Assembly (NCBI RefSeq): GCF_001194135.2
Contig: NC_068997.1
Location: forward strand, 17,404,254-17,459,756
Direction of reading: 5' to 3'
Length of the DNA stretch: 55,503 nucleotides
From: Octopus bimaculoides
Lineage: Eukaryota
This document shows, one piece after another, positions 25,221 to 37,420 of the stretch. How positions within the stretch are numbered: the first letter of the stretch is position 1; every line of letters starts with the position of its first letter. The notes beneath the pieces are model-generated. The model had not been told where the DNA came from. It saw only the letters and a list, made by a program, of their open reading frames with translations, and did no database searches. A program made the position numbers and the translations under genes.

Positions 25221-26009
25221 TTTCTTAATATATAGTGGTATCTATAAGCAAAGCAAAAAGGCAAGTGTCGGATTTGATTCTCTGTCTCTTTATCATTCCA
25301 TGTATGACTTGAACAGTATATCTTACCCGCGTTTTTCGTCTTTGGTGCATAGACGAAAGACCAAGTTCATTTTGTGAGTAAGCCACATAGATTATACACA
25401 TTGCTCACAAGCGAATATCATTTGGTACCGTGTATTCGTTCCATTTCATCGGGGGAAAGCAACAAGAAATAAAATATGTTCAGGGTGAGAAAGCAGTGTC
25501 CTAACCAGAAATCATGTCCTAAATCTTTCTATTGAGTTGTAGCAACATAACAAGGAGGCTATATGCCATCTTTGTAGTTACACCCACAGACAAAGGTACC
25601 ACACAGATATGCCTGTGAGTGTATGTATCTATATAGATTCATGATTACTTTTATATACGTATGTATGAATATATGTATGAGCGTATGAGTATAAGAAACA
25701 TAGTTCCCTTAAAGGTTCCTGAAGATTGATTGTCACCACCACTATCGTCACAAGCGGTTCATTTCCAGAATTGCTTACGAGAGATATATAATTCTAACGG
25801 GTAACGTGCTCGCTTTTATCGGTTAACAATGTCGTCAGACCTCAGCGAATGTAGATGAACTCCAGTTAGTTGAATTAACTATAGTCAGTAAATTCGCACT
25901 TTGGTAAATCCAAATGTTTTTATAAAGACAGCACAGTGTCGCTAGAGAAGAAAGGTGTGATTAACTGTATAATAAAACCTGAATATGTAAATCTCTATTC
26001 TGATCTTTA

Positions 26010-26047
<38 letters not shown>

Positions 26048-28138
26048 ATAGCGTTAAACCTCAGACCATCGCGCCTGGGTTTGTATAACAGGTAATATAG
26101 CACCCAAGGTAATATAGCATCCAAACATAGTTGTAGAGTAAGGATTGACTAAGGTGTCCTCCTTAAATCTTTCGAGGCAATGTTTGCAGAGAAAGTACTG
26201 CCAACGAAGCTATTCAAAGTTCTCGGAAAATCTGGATGACTATGCAGGTCTCCTGAACTCGTGTTAGGGTTATTCCTAAAAAAACTGAAATATAGATGGA
26301 TTTATTTATGGGCTCTGTGATATACAAGGCAGTAATCTGAACTGCATCTATGTAACGACATGGACAGAAATTATCTATGAGTTGGCGGCTGATTTTCTTA
26401 TCATTTCAAGATCATGTTAACTGGAATGTATATCTACATAGATACATGATGCATAGACATAAATTCATATATATATATATATATATATATANNNNNNNNN
26501 NNNNNNNNNNNNNNNNNNNNNNNNNNNNNNNNNNNNNNNNNNNNNNNNNNNNNNNNNNNNNNNNNNNNNNNNNNNNNNNNNNNNNNNNNNNNNNNNNNNN
26601 NNNNNNNNNNNNNNNNNNNNNNNNNNNNNNNNNNNNNNNNNNNNNNNNNNNNNNNNNNNNNNNNNNNNNNNNNNNNNNNNNNNNNNNNNNNNNNNNNNNN
26701 NNNNNNNNNNNNNNNNNNNNNNNNNNNNNNNNNNNNNNNNNNNNNNNNNNNNNNNNNNNNNNNNNNNNNNNNNNNNNNNNNNNNNNNNNNNNNNNNNNNN
26801 NNNNNNNNNNNNNNNNNNNNNNNNNNNNNNNNNNNNNNNNNNNNNNNNNNNNNNNNNNNNNNNNNNNNNNNNNNNNNNNNNNNNNNNNNNNNNNNNNNNN
26901 NNNNNNNNNNNNNNNNNNNNNNNNNNNNNNNNNNNNNNNNNNNNNNNNNNNNNNNNNNNNNNNNNNNNNNNNNNNNNNNNNNNNNNNNNNNNNNNNNNNN
27001 NNNNNNNNNNNNNNNNNNNNNNNNNNNNNNNNNNNNNNNNNNNNNNNNNNNNNNNNNNNNNNNNNNNNNNNNNNNNNNNNNNNNNNNNNNNNNNNNNNNN
27101 NNNNNNNNNNNNNNNNNNNNNNNNNNNNNNNNNNNNNNNNNNNNNNNNNNNNNNNNNNNNNNNNNNNNNNNNNNNNNNNNNNNNNNNNNNNNNNNNNNNN
27201 NNNNNNNNNNNNNNNNNNNNNNNNNNNNNNNNNNNNNNNNNNNNNNNNNNNNNNNNNNNNNNNNNNNNNNNNNNNNNNNNNNNNNNNNNNNNNNNNNNNN
27301 NNNNNNNNNNNNNNNNNNNNNNNNNNNNNNNNNNNNNNNNNNNNNNNNNNNNNNNNNNNNNNNNNNNNNNNNNNNNATACACATACATGCATACACTCAT
27401 GTATGTGTAAGTGTATTTATGTTTTAGGATAAGTGTGTGTTTGTCAATGCGTATATTAAGAAGATTTTTCGTGAATGTCACCTATCATGTTTACCGAAGT
27501 TTCAATGCAAATCTTCAAATTATCTGTTTCTTCTTCCAGTGACAGTTTCTCAGACGCCATACCAGTCAAATGAAATCCCACAAACAAATACACTTCATTT
27601 CTAGCGCGCGCACATACATACACAGACACACAGACACACACATGCATGCACATACACTCACACTCACACACATGCAGACACTCCCCAAAGCCTCATACAC
27701 AAGCGTTCACGCACACATACATATACACACACTGATAAGTATGGACCAGTAGCAACATTATGAACAACACCAATAAAAAAAAACGAGAAAATTAACAACT
27801 GCATCGTCACTTACCATATTTATATATTCTTAATGACACGCGACATAATTGTGTGTGTGTATGTGTGTGCATCCATAGATAGATATCGGGATATATGTTT
27901 ATGTATGCGTCTTTGAATGTGTGTGTGTATGTGTGTTTGTGTATACATATATAAACTTACATAGACACAAATATGTGTTTCGGTGTATATACTTATATAC
28001 ACAAACGAATAACGTCGAGAGTACTCAGTACATGTCATAAAGTATATTATTTGTAAATAATCCTATTCGCAGCTCAAGTTTCACTCTACTTTATATGACA
28101 TGTATAACCATGTGCATGTATATGAGTTTGTGTGTGTA

Positions 28139-28213
<75 letters not shown>

Positions 28214-29299
28214 NNNNNNNNNNNNNNNNNNNNNNNNNNNNNNNNNNNNNNNNNNNNNNNNNNNNNNNNNNNNNNNNNNNNNNNNNNNNNNNNNNNNNNN
28301 NNNNNNNNNNNNNNNNNNNNNNNNNNNNNNNNNNNNNNNNNNNNNNNNNNNNNNNNNNNNNNNNNNNNNNNNNNNNNNNNNNNNNNNNNNNNNNNNNNNN
28401 NNNNNNNNNNNNNNNNNNNNNNNNNNNNNNNNNNNNNNNNNNNNNNNNNNNNNNNNNNNNNNNNNNNNNNNNNNNNNNNNNNNNNNNNNNNNNNNNNNNN
28501 NNNNNNNNNNNNNNNNNNNNNNNNNNNNNNNNNNNNNNNNNNNNNNNNNNNNNNNNNNNNNNNNNNNNNNNNNNNNNNNNNNNNNNNNNNNNNNNNNNNN
28601 NNNNNNNNNNNNNNNNNNNNNNNNNNNNNNNNNNNNNNNNNNNNNNNNNNNNNNNNNNNNNNNNNNNNNNNNNNNNNNNNNNNNNNNNNNNNNNNNNNNN
28701 NNNNNNNNNNNNNNNNNNNNNNNNNNNNNNNNNNNNNNNNNNNNNNNNNNNNNNNNNNNNNNNNNNNNNNNNNNNNNNNNNNNNNNNNNNNNNNNNNNNN
28801 NNNNNNNNNNNNNNNNNNNNNNNNNNNNNNNNNNNNNNNNNNNNNNNNNNNNNNNNNNNNNNNNNNNNNNNNNNNNNNNNNNNNNNNNNNNNNNNNNNNN
28901 NNNNNNNNNNNNNNNNNNNNNNTATATATATAAACATATATAAAGTAAGGCATGGTAGAAAATGCTAAAATAATTTTACCATGAAATACATTTTGTAACG
29001 TTTGGTACCGGTTTAAATCTTTTCCACTTTTTCAACTAAGAGTAAAAAAAAAAAAGGATATTAATTAAGGAGAAAAACAATTAAATTGACGAAAAAATTA
29101 AATGAAATATTTTGTAAATATTCCCATAGTCCTTCAAATAGGTAGGAAATCTTCCTTTCTTCTTTCTCTGTCTTTCTCTTTCCTTTGTTAAGGCTCGGTA
29201 GATAATAGCAGACGTGAATATACGTGAAAAGAAATATCTGTTTGTGGAGTTTGATGGTTTAAGCAGGGAGCATAAAAAGAATAAAATCCTCCAAACGCA

Positions 29300-29800
29300 C
29301 ATCATCATAAAAGGCAAACGGCCACATAAGACAATGAAAATTATTCTAACACAAGCCCAAGTTCACTCGTCAACAACATCGAAAGCGACAGTAAAAGAAT
29401 GCGGAAGACTTAACTGTGGTATATGCGTCAACCTAATTGAGGGATCGGAGTTCTACTTCAAAAAGGGTCAACGTCTTACAGTGAAATACAACCTCATATG
29501 TGCTTCTGAATACCTGATATATGTGTTAACTTGCTCAGGGTGTCGTGAGCAATACATTGTTCAAACTAAGCACAATGTACACAGATCCCAGATTAAAATA
29601 CGGGAATACAGAAAAATAAGATTGAGCGAAAACATCACCATTTGCGCCTCAATAATGAACAACCCAATTTCAGAATATTTCCCTTTTATAAATTTAGGGA
29701 CAATGCAACCTATAATCCGCGCATTATCAAATAATCATATTTTATCGCAAAATATAAACCTCTTCTGGGTGCTTCCATCATAAATGACCCTACTACAAGG
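29300..29800 (+). mobile_element. Penelope-like element, 5'-truncated, GIY-YIG (Uri) endonuclease remnant
   Basis: ORF 29214-29783: KECGRLNCGICVNL...YNLICASEYLIYVLTCSGCREQYIVQT...HRSQI...LSENITIC. This is the Cys-rich linker plus the xIY-Cx2C-YIGQT pattern of PLE endonucleases, with G to V in YIG and a frameshifted tail. Confidence 0.88.
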
Positions 29801-29976
29801 ATTTTGGAATAATTCCCACGCAAATATTAGAATCGATAGTCGCTAACCATGAATTCATTTAGAACAGTTCCTACCACTACTCCTACAACCACAACAGGTC
29901 ACTTTTAGGTCACTTGTCCATTAAAGTAGATTCCACGGACAGCCACTACTACTGGGTTATACCACTCCCGTCTTTA

Positions 29977-30068
29977 TTTCTTCTTCTTCTTCTTCTTCTT
30001 CTTCTTCTTCTTCTTCTTCTTCTTCTTCTTCTTCTTCTTCTCCTCCTCCTCCTCCTCCTTCTCCTCCA
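29977..30068. repeat. (TCT)n(CCT)n microsatellite
   Basis: Direct reading. Confidence 0.97.
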
Positions 30069-30342
30069 TCGCCTTCTCTTTCCTGACTACTGCTGCTTAA
30101 ACCATCAAACTTCAGAATCAAATATTTCTTCACAAAAGAAAGAGAGAGAGAAAGGCAGCAAAACGGTAAATGTCCTACTTATTTGAAGATTATGGAAATA
30201 TATACAAAGCATTTCATGCAATTTTTTCTTCAAAGTAATTGTTTTTCTTTATAATTGATATCCACCTTTGTTTTACTGTTAGCTGAAAAAGTTGAAAAGA
30301 ATGAAACCGATACCAACCGTTACAAAATATAGGAGGAATTTC

Positions 30343-30491
30343 AACCATGTTTCGTGGTCTGCTACCACAACAGCTCCTTTATAGGATCCAGTTAGCTCAA
30401 GACATCATCAGGAGGAACAACGTCCGGTTTCGGCCCCTACTCCTCTACCGTTTTGACGTGGCGGGGCCCCTCCTTTCGGAGGTGTCTTCAG
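30343..30491 (-). ncRNA. Two tandem hammerhead-like motifs with expanded cores (probably degenerate)
   Basis: Minus strand: CUGAAGA-ca-CCUCC gaaa GGAGG-GGCCCC(25 nt)GGGGCC-GAAA-CCGG, then CUGAUGA-(36 nt with AGCU..CCU auaa AGG AGCU)-GUGGU agcag ACCAC-GAAA-CAUG. Stem I and the cleavage-site UH are imperfect. Confidence 0.45.
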
Positions 30492-30588
30492 CTCTGGTGT
30501 TGGGTGCATGTCTTCTTTCTTCTATTCCCTGGCCTCTTCGATGCAGCATCAACGAGTGTCAGCGTCCGGCTGATCGTCATGTCAAGTT

Positions 30589-30647
30589 CCCCTTTTTATA
30601 TCTGCTGCTAGGCTCCAGCAGGCAGCCCCAGTTAGTTGTCACGTGAC
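30589..30647 (-). promoter_or_regulatory. TATA box and GTCACGTGAC palindrome in a pLTR-like segment
   Basis: TATAAAAAGGGG on the minus strand (30589-30600) and an E-box-containing 10-bp palindrome at 30638-30647, upstream of the hammerhead-like motifs. Confidence 0.4.
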
Positions 30648-30774
30648 GCTGTCTAAATTTCCCACTGCTAGAGTCCACTAGTCAGCACCAGCAAGTTGTT
30701 TATATTAAAATTATTTTAGCATTTCTACCTGGTGCTATTTTCCTTGTTACTTTTCAATCTTATACGTATGTGCG

Positions 30775-30812
<38 letters not shown>

Positions 30813-31189
30813 CATGTGTGTGTGTGTGAATGTGTGGGTGTACAAAAGGAATACATAGGTATGTTTGCCGTTAGATTGTGGGTCGGCTGCGCTTTAGACG
30901 TAAGAGAAAATCTTCTGGATGCGAGTGGTGTTAAAAGCACCTGAAATAATATATAAGCAAGCAAGACAATTAACATCAGGCTCCTTTTCGGAGAGACAGA
31001 CATCGATGTTTTACTCATTGTTGTGACTTTTCAACGCCACGTACCGAACGAGGCCTGGACACTATAAAGACAATGCAAAATGGTTTGAAAACCATCTGGT
31101 GGTATGTCCCTACGTTTCATGTCCAAGATATTTTCTCTTCTCATATTTTCATCTTCGTCACCGTCGTCGACACTCATCCTAACTCATCC

Positions 31190-31222
31190 AGCATCACCTC
31201 CTCCTCCTCCTCCTCCTCCTCC

Positions 31223-31275
<53 letters not shown>

Positions 31276-31460
31276 GTGTTCATCACCATGGTCATCATCA
31301 CCATCACCATCATTAACATAATCTTCCTCATAACGGTTATAAACGAAGTGAAGTACTTCTAACGTCATTCATACCAGTAGTGCCATAAATACCACCACCA
31401 CCACCACCACCCGCACCACCACCATCACCATTACCGCTACTACTACTACTACTACTACTG
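31190..31460. repeat. (CCT)n(CAT)n and (CAC)n(TAC)n compound microsatellites
   Basis: Direct reading. Confidence 0.95.
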
Positions 31461-31835
31461 TATCGCCGTGTGCAATCACTTCGCCTCCTCCGAATCTTTT
31501 AAAACCGTCATCATTTTCATGTCGATATATCTACATGACAGCCTTTAAATATACAAGGTCTATTGTTGTGTTGCGTTGGCACTCATTAACGAGCATTCTT
31601 CTAACATGTCTACATATCTGTCTATACCAATTACAAGCCTACGTCTATCTTCAACCTTGAACCCGATGTCTCTCATGAAAGCGTAAACGAGTGTCGATGG
31701 GATGCATGCAAAGATTGTAGCTTCGATATACTCACGTACATAGGATTGTTTTACACACATATACGCATATATATGTGTGTATCTATATGTATATAAATAG
31801 ACGTACATATACATTCATATGTACATACATGCATG

Positions 31836-31894
<59 letters not shown>

Positions 31895-32328
31895 NNNNNN
31901 NNNNNNNNNNNNNNNNNNNNNNNNNNNNNNNNNNNNNNNNNNNNNNNNNNNNNNNNNNNNNNNNNNNNNNNNNNNNNNNNNNNNNNNNNNNNNNNNNNNN
32001 NNNNNNNNNNNNNNNNNNNNNNNNNNNNNNNNNNNNNNNNNNNNNNNNNNNNNNNNNNNNNNNNNNNNNNNNNNNNNNNNNNNNNNNNNNNNNNNNTGTG
32101 TGTGTGTGTGTGTGTGTGTGTACAAAGTTTTCAGTAGAATATAGGCTCAACAACATACAGAACGACAGAAATGGTCAGTTAAGATAACACAGTGAGGTAC
32201 ACAGTGTTGAAGATTACAAGACATGAAGCGTATGCAAGATATGCTTCTCAGAAATATCTTCATGTGGACAGTCAGAAAAGTTGGAGAGCACAGCGACTAT
32301 AAATTCTGTGGAAAATAATTTAGCTAGC

Positions 32329-32790
32329 ATGGCATACTGGAAACCGTTTGAATGTTCGAAACGTGTTACATCTACCATGACAGTTTGCGCTGGATATCAA
32401 AATGGTGATATAATGCTTGCTGCTCAATTCCCTGTAAACACTGCAAATGCTGCGATACGTGAAAGGAGAACTGCAAAGCAGACTACAAAGTTTTCACCAG
32501 CAGACCATGATGCAGCAGGCATCCTGACAGTAGCTGCACACCAGATTTCATCGAAAATCGTCGCATAGCTCCTTAGATTCAATTCAGACGGGCATATGAG
32601 GGTGCAGGAGACTCTGGTTCTAGATGGGTGCAGCTGGAAGACCATATTTGTGACAGCAGAATTAAGCTCCTTGTCATACCTCTGGAAAGCGAACTGGTTG
32701 TTAAAGACTATCTACGACTTCACCATATAGGACTGGATGCGCCAAGTTCCTGAGCCGTCTTGAGGCCTTGGTGGAATCTGAGGGCGTTTT
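32329..32790 (+). mobile_element. Decayed, internally deleted DD37D (maT/Bmmar1-like) Tc1/mariner transposon
   Basis: Collinear transposase pieces: MAYWKPFECSKR..VCAGYQNGDIMLAAQFPVNT (HTH), CTPDFIEN, LRFNSDGHMRVQETLV, AAGRPYL*QQN*APCHTSGK (cf. RPYVWQQDSAPCHTS) and GCAKFLSRLEALVESEGVLFE* (cf. ACxRFRxRLEAVIEAEGGxFE*). Confidence 0.82.
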
Positions 32791-32954
32791 ATTTGAGTAA
32801 ACTGTTATCTTACAGCCATAATCTAGTAGATATTCGTTATGTACAGGTACGTAGATTCGTGTATCCAACAAATATTTGTTTAACACAATAAGTGAATCTC
32901 AAATATTTATTGTATGCTAGAGATTTACGTGAAAAACCGAAACATGATATTATT

Positions 32955-33085
32955 TTCTACTCTATGCACAAGACCACAAATTTTGGGGGTGGGGAACAGT
33001 CGATTAGATCGACTTCAGTACGCAGCTGGTACTTAATTTATCGACCCCGAAAGGACGAAAGGCAAAATTGACCGCGGCGGAATTA
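32955..33085 (-). mobile_element. SINE family A, 5'-truncated
   Basis: ctactctatgcacaagaccacaaattttggggg..gtcgattagatcgacttcagtacgcagctggtacttaatttatcgaccccgaaagg..gaccgcggcggaatt. Confidence 0.88.
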
Positions 33086-34745
33086 ACCGAAACATAATAT
33101 TGAATGCTCTATGGTAGCTTCTTTGAATCATAGACTTTCAGCTATATCGGATATAACGAATATTTTGTTATCACGTCTCTAAAAAAAGAAGTAAGACTAA
33201 ATGAGCATACAAAAACATTAATATATACACTCATCTGCAAAAGATGAATCTTAATCAGTCTTACAAAAATTTGCACGTTCTTATAAAGGGAAGTACACTT
33301 ATACTGTAGTTTTGGAGGTTCGAAATTGGAAATACAGGATGGAATGTCATGGATGGAATGACTTCGACAATAATTTTGCCCTATCACTGCTGACTAGAAT
33401 CGGAACAGTATCAACAGTAACTCAGATTGAACGTCGAACGTTTCGTAATTACATCCTCTGTATACAAAACTTCGTGTCTGACAACCCCTTTAAATAAATG
33501 ATTGTTACAGAGAAAGCCAAATAGGCATCCACAAAAGTTTTAGATATACAACACACACACACACACACGCACACACACACAAATGTATGCACACATACAT
33601 TATAGAAACTGTCTAATCACATCTCGTATCATTGCTTTGAAAGCAAAAAGCAAGATCATTGTATGAAATGCTAGAGACAAGTTCAAATGAATCCCACAAT
33701 TAAGTAGCAATGTTAAATAAAAGAGGAGAAAATTACTGTCAAAAGGAGCAAAAAAGTGGTAGCTCCCGGCAGAGTTCACTTTTTTAGGGTCGTGAAAAAG
33801 GCACTTCAGTAATGAGAAACTAACAGCCAATGTTTTGTCATTAGACAATTGATCTTTTATCAATAAAAACCGATGTGTTTGTTTCTCTTTATTAACGTTT
33901 CTACAGTATCCATCAGTTGGACGAATTCATTGAAAATGGTTTTTCTTATCAAAATTAGCATTGGTGAAAATGAAAAAAGAAATGTAATAGCAATAAAGGA
34001 GATTGCATAGTCTGGAAAAAAAAAACTATAGGAGGGAAAGTAATAGCAAATACAAAAGCAATGAAGGATGTGATGCTTACGGCTAAGATAAAACGACAAT
34101 TACAATTCTTATATTTTTATGTGGATGCTCCATATTCAGTATCTTTCTTCGTCTACATAAAGCATTCATTTTTTCTTTATGTCGTCTTGCTAGTTTGACT
34201 TTGATACACAAACACAAACCTTTTTTTTATGACAAACATACGCACACATATAAAAAAAAAAAAACATTAACGAAAGTGAATGAGGAAGAAAAGACAAACA
34301 TGTCAACATGCACACGAGGAAACATGCGCATACTCGCACCCTTGCTTTTGCATACATGTTCACACATACACTCACACGTTTATATACATGTGTATACATA
34401 TGTGTGTGTATCNNNNNNNNNNNNNNNNNNNNNNNNNNNNNNNNNNNNNNNNNNNNNNNNNNNNNNNNNNNNNNNNNNNNNNNNNNNNNNNNNNNNNNNN
34501 NNNNNNNNNNNNNNNNNNNNNNNNNNNNNNNNNNNNNNNNNNNNNNNNNNNNNNNNNNNNNNNNNNNNNNNNNNNNNNNNNNNNNNNNNNNNNNNNNNNN
34601 NNNNNNNNNNNNNNNNNNNNNNNNNNNNNNNNNNNNNNNNNNNNNNNNNNNNNNNNNNNNNNNNNNNNNNNNNNNNNNNNNNNNNNNNNNNNNNNNNNNN
34701 NNNNNNNNNNNNNNNNNNNNNNNNNNCTATATATCTGTCTACGTG

Positions 34746-34779
<34 letters not shown>

Positions 34780-35145
34780 CACGTATGTATGTATCTACGT
34801 ATGTATGCATGTATGTATGAATGAGGTGAATGTGGAAGTACAATGAAAGAAGGGAGAAATTGTTATGATTGAACGTTAAACGTGAGAAGAAACACAAAGA
34901 ATTTAACAGAACGGGAAACATGAATACGTCGATAGCATTTTACTTTTTGCATTTGTCACCAGCCACGTTTTATTCAATGTACAAATTTATCCTTTCATTT
35001 TATCTATTATATGAAATACACACCAAATATACATATGCGCGTTGTCTTTTTGCGTGTATGTGTATACGTGTATGTGTCTGTTTGTATGTCTGAGTGAGCC
35101 TCTGTGTGTAGGTGTGTTTGTGTGTAAGTATGAGTTTGAAAGTGT

Positions 35146-35206
<61 letters not shown>

Positions 35207-36569
35207 CATGTAAAGAATGGAAATTTTGCTAGAGCACATAATATAGATTATTTCCATTTTATCAAAGTGTTTAATCTTTGCATATACTTATTACAATATT
35301 GTTCGTTAACTAAGTTGGTATCTTCGTGTTGATAAAATTCTTGAAGCAGTTAAAAAAACTACTATAAACAGTGTTTCTAGTATCATATACACCTTAACAG
35401 TTGTGGAAGCTGAAATTACCAACTTACTGGAGAAACTGTCCACGAATAATGTTTCTCAGAGCTATGGAAACAGTACGAACAATTGTTTTGAGGAAAAAGA
35501 TGTGGGATAAAAATAGCATTTACATATCATTTTCATCATTACAAAATAATATATCTCCATGGGTGCACCGAAATAATTGTTTGTATAAATAAACCAGAAG
35601 AGCTGTTAACAGTATAGGAAACAGCGCTTATATCAGTAATAGTGTTAGTATTGATTTCAACTAGTGCTTCTAACAGCGTTGATTTTGTTATTAATCTTGC
35701 AATCATGATTGCTGCAAACATTAATTAGGTTTACAGTTAGTGTTGTTGGCAATAATTACGTTAATGCTGATTTAATAGTGATATGGGAAGTGCTGTTGGT
35801 AATTGGTCCGGCATATGTATCATTATTTATCACGCTGTAGGGACGTCATTGTGTATGGTGGAGATGAGAATTCGTGCTTCCTTCATAAATCTTCAGTTCA
35901 TGGCTGCTGAATAGAGTTTGCTATCTACTTCATATAATATTTTTGACGAATGAAGCCTCACTTTATACATATGCTGTACGTAGGAAACAGACGAACATGA
36001 AATGTCACGTGAGATGGATTTGTATCCTTGCTGGGAGGATCACTGTTTCATCATCCTAATGCCATGTAACCGAAGCTTTAAACGAATAATTAACAGATTC
36101 GAAAACCTAATTAGTGTCTTTAGTAGAATATTCATTTTGCAGTCGGTTTCTTAATCCAAAACTTTCAAAGATTTTTTTTTAAAAAGCTGATTAGCTATGA
36201 TTCCTTCATAAATGTAATCCGATATGTCCAAGGTTGATGTATTACATTATTCATTCAACTGTTTTATTATAAAATTCAAACTATCATACACAGATATTTT
36301 ACGTAATCTCTCTAATTGTTAGAAATCGTAACCTGATGGCCAATCTGTTCACATTCATCAATCTTAATGAAGGTGAAGCTGGTAGAGTAAGCTAAATCAG
36401 AGGAGATTGACACCAACGAAAATAATGAGAAGGAAAATGGATGATTATGATGAAGGTTATGTAAAGAATGGGGGGGGGAGGGGTTATAAATGATAGGGAA
36501 TTTTGAAATGGTAAATGAAAGTGAATTACTCATTAACAATTTAGTTCCTAAATTGCGTCAAATTTTTAC

Positions 36570-36735
36570 ACAAGGCCATCAAGTTAGGTTTAACTCAACT
36601 GATAACTTTTTTATCGACTCCGGAAGGATGAAAGTCAAGTGGGCCTTGGCGGAATTTGGACTCTGAAGGCAAAGACGGTCGAAATGCCGTTAAGCAATTT
36701 GACCAGCGCGCTAACGATTCGACCGGTCCACTGCT
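36570..36735 (-). mobile_element. SINE family A, degenerate
   Basis: ttttatcgactccggaaggatgaaagtcaagtgggccttggcggaatttggactc...aaatgccgttaagcaatt..gcgcgctaacgattc. Confidence 0.8.
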
Positions 36736-36969
36736 TTAATTCTCTTCCTAAGTTGAGAGCAATTAACACTTGTCAGACGCACTTTGATATAAAGGGTAAT
36801 GCAATTAAGCGGTTAGCTATGGTGATGTCAACCAGGTCGAAAAGAGAACCTGTTGCCCTTTCCTTCCAGTCTGAAATTGAAGTTTTTAGGTAAAGGTATA
36901 TCAGATTTCGGATTATATACTATTGGCTGTGAAAAATACACGGAAAAAAACACCACTTCAATCATACCA

Positions 36970-37085
36970 CAAGGTCACCATCACCACCACCACAGCCGAC
37001 GCCGGGACCACCACCGCCATCAGCACCATCACTGCCATCAGCACCAAAACCGCCCCTCTCACTACTGCTATTGCATTGTCAACAA
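36970..37085. repeat. Degenerate (CAC/CAT)n repeat
   Basis: Direct reading. Confidence 0.8.
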
Positions 37086-37357
37086 CGACTAATATTTTAT
37101 GCTGAAAATTAATTGAAGTGATTAACAAACTATATTAATCTTACAGATATGTACATGCTTAAACGCGCGCGCACATGAGTGCGCATACGTAAACACACAC
37201 ATACACACACACACACTCCTTGTATCTCTCTCTCTCTATCTGACTCTCTCTTCCACTCTCTCTCACACACACACATACACATACACACACTCAAACATAC
37301 ATATGCATGTGTTTGTGCTGATGATATTATCCATAATTTGTGAAATACAGTTTCGTT

Positions 37358-37358
37358 C

Positions 37359-37416
<58 letters not shown>

Positions 37417-37420
37417 AATG
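37358..37420. repeat. (GAT)n microsatellite
   Basis: Direct reading. Confidence 0.97.

Noticed and set aside
25760-25790. IAYERYI, resembling a GPCR/opsin E-R-Y motif
   Set aside because: It is a 32-nt stretch with no transmembrane helix upstream in frame and no other GPCR exons found.
26080-26114. 17-bp direct repeat aggtaatatagcaccca x2
   Set aside because: A simple local slippage duplication with no associated element.
31560-31750. Minus-strand ORF ...FMRDIGFKVEDRRRLVIGIDRYVDMLEEC...
   Set aside because: It begins in a microsatellite, has no acceptor site and shows no recognisable homology.
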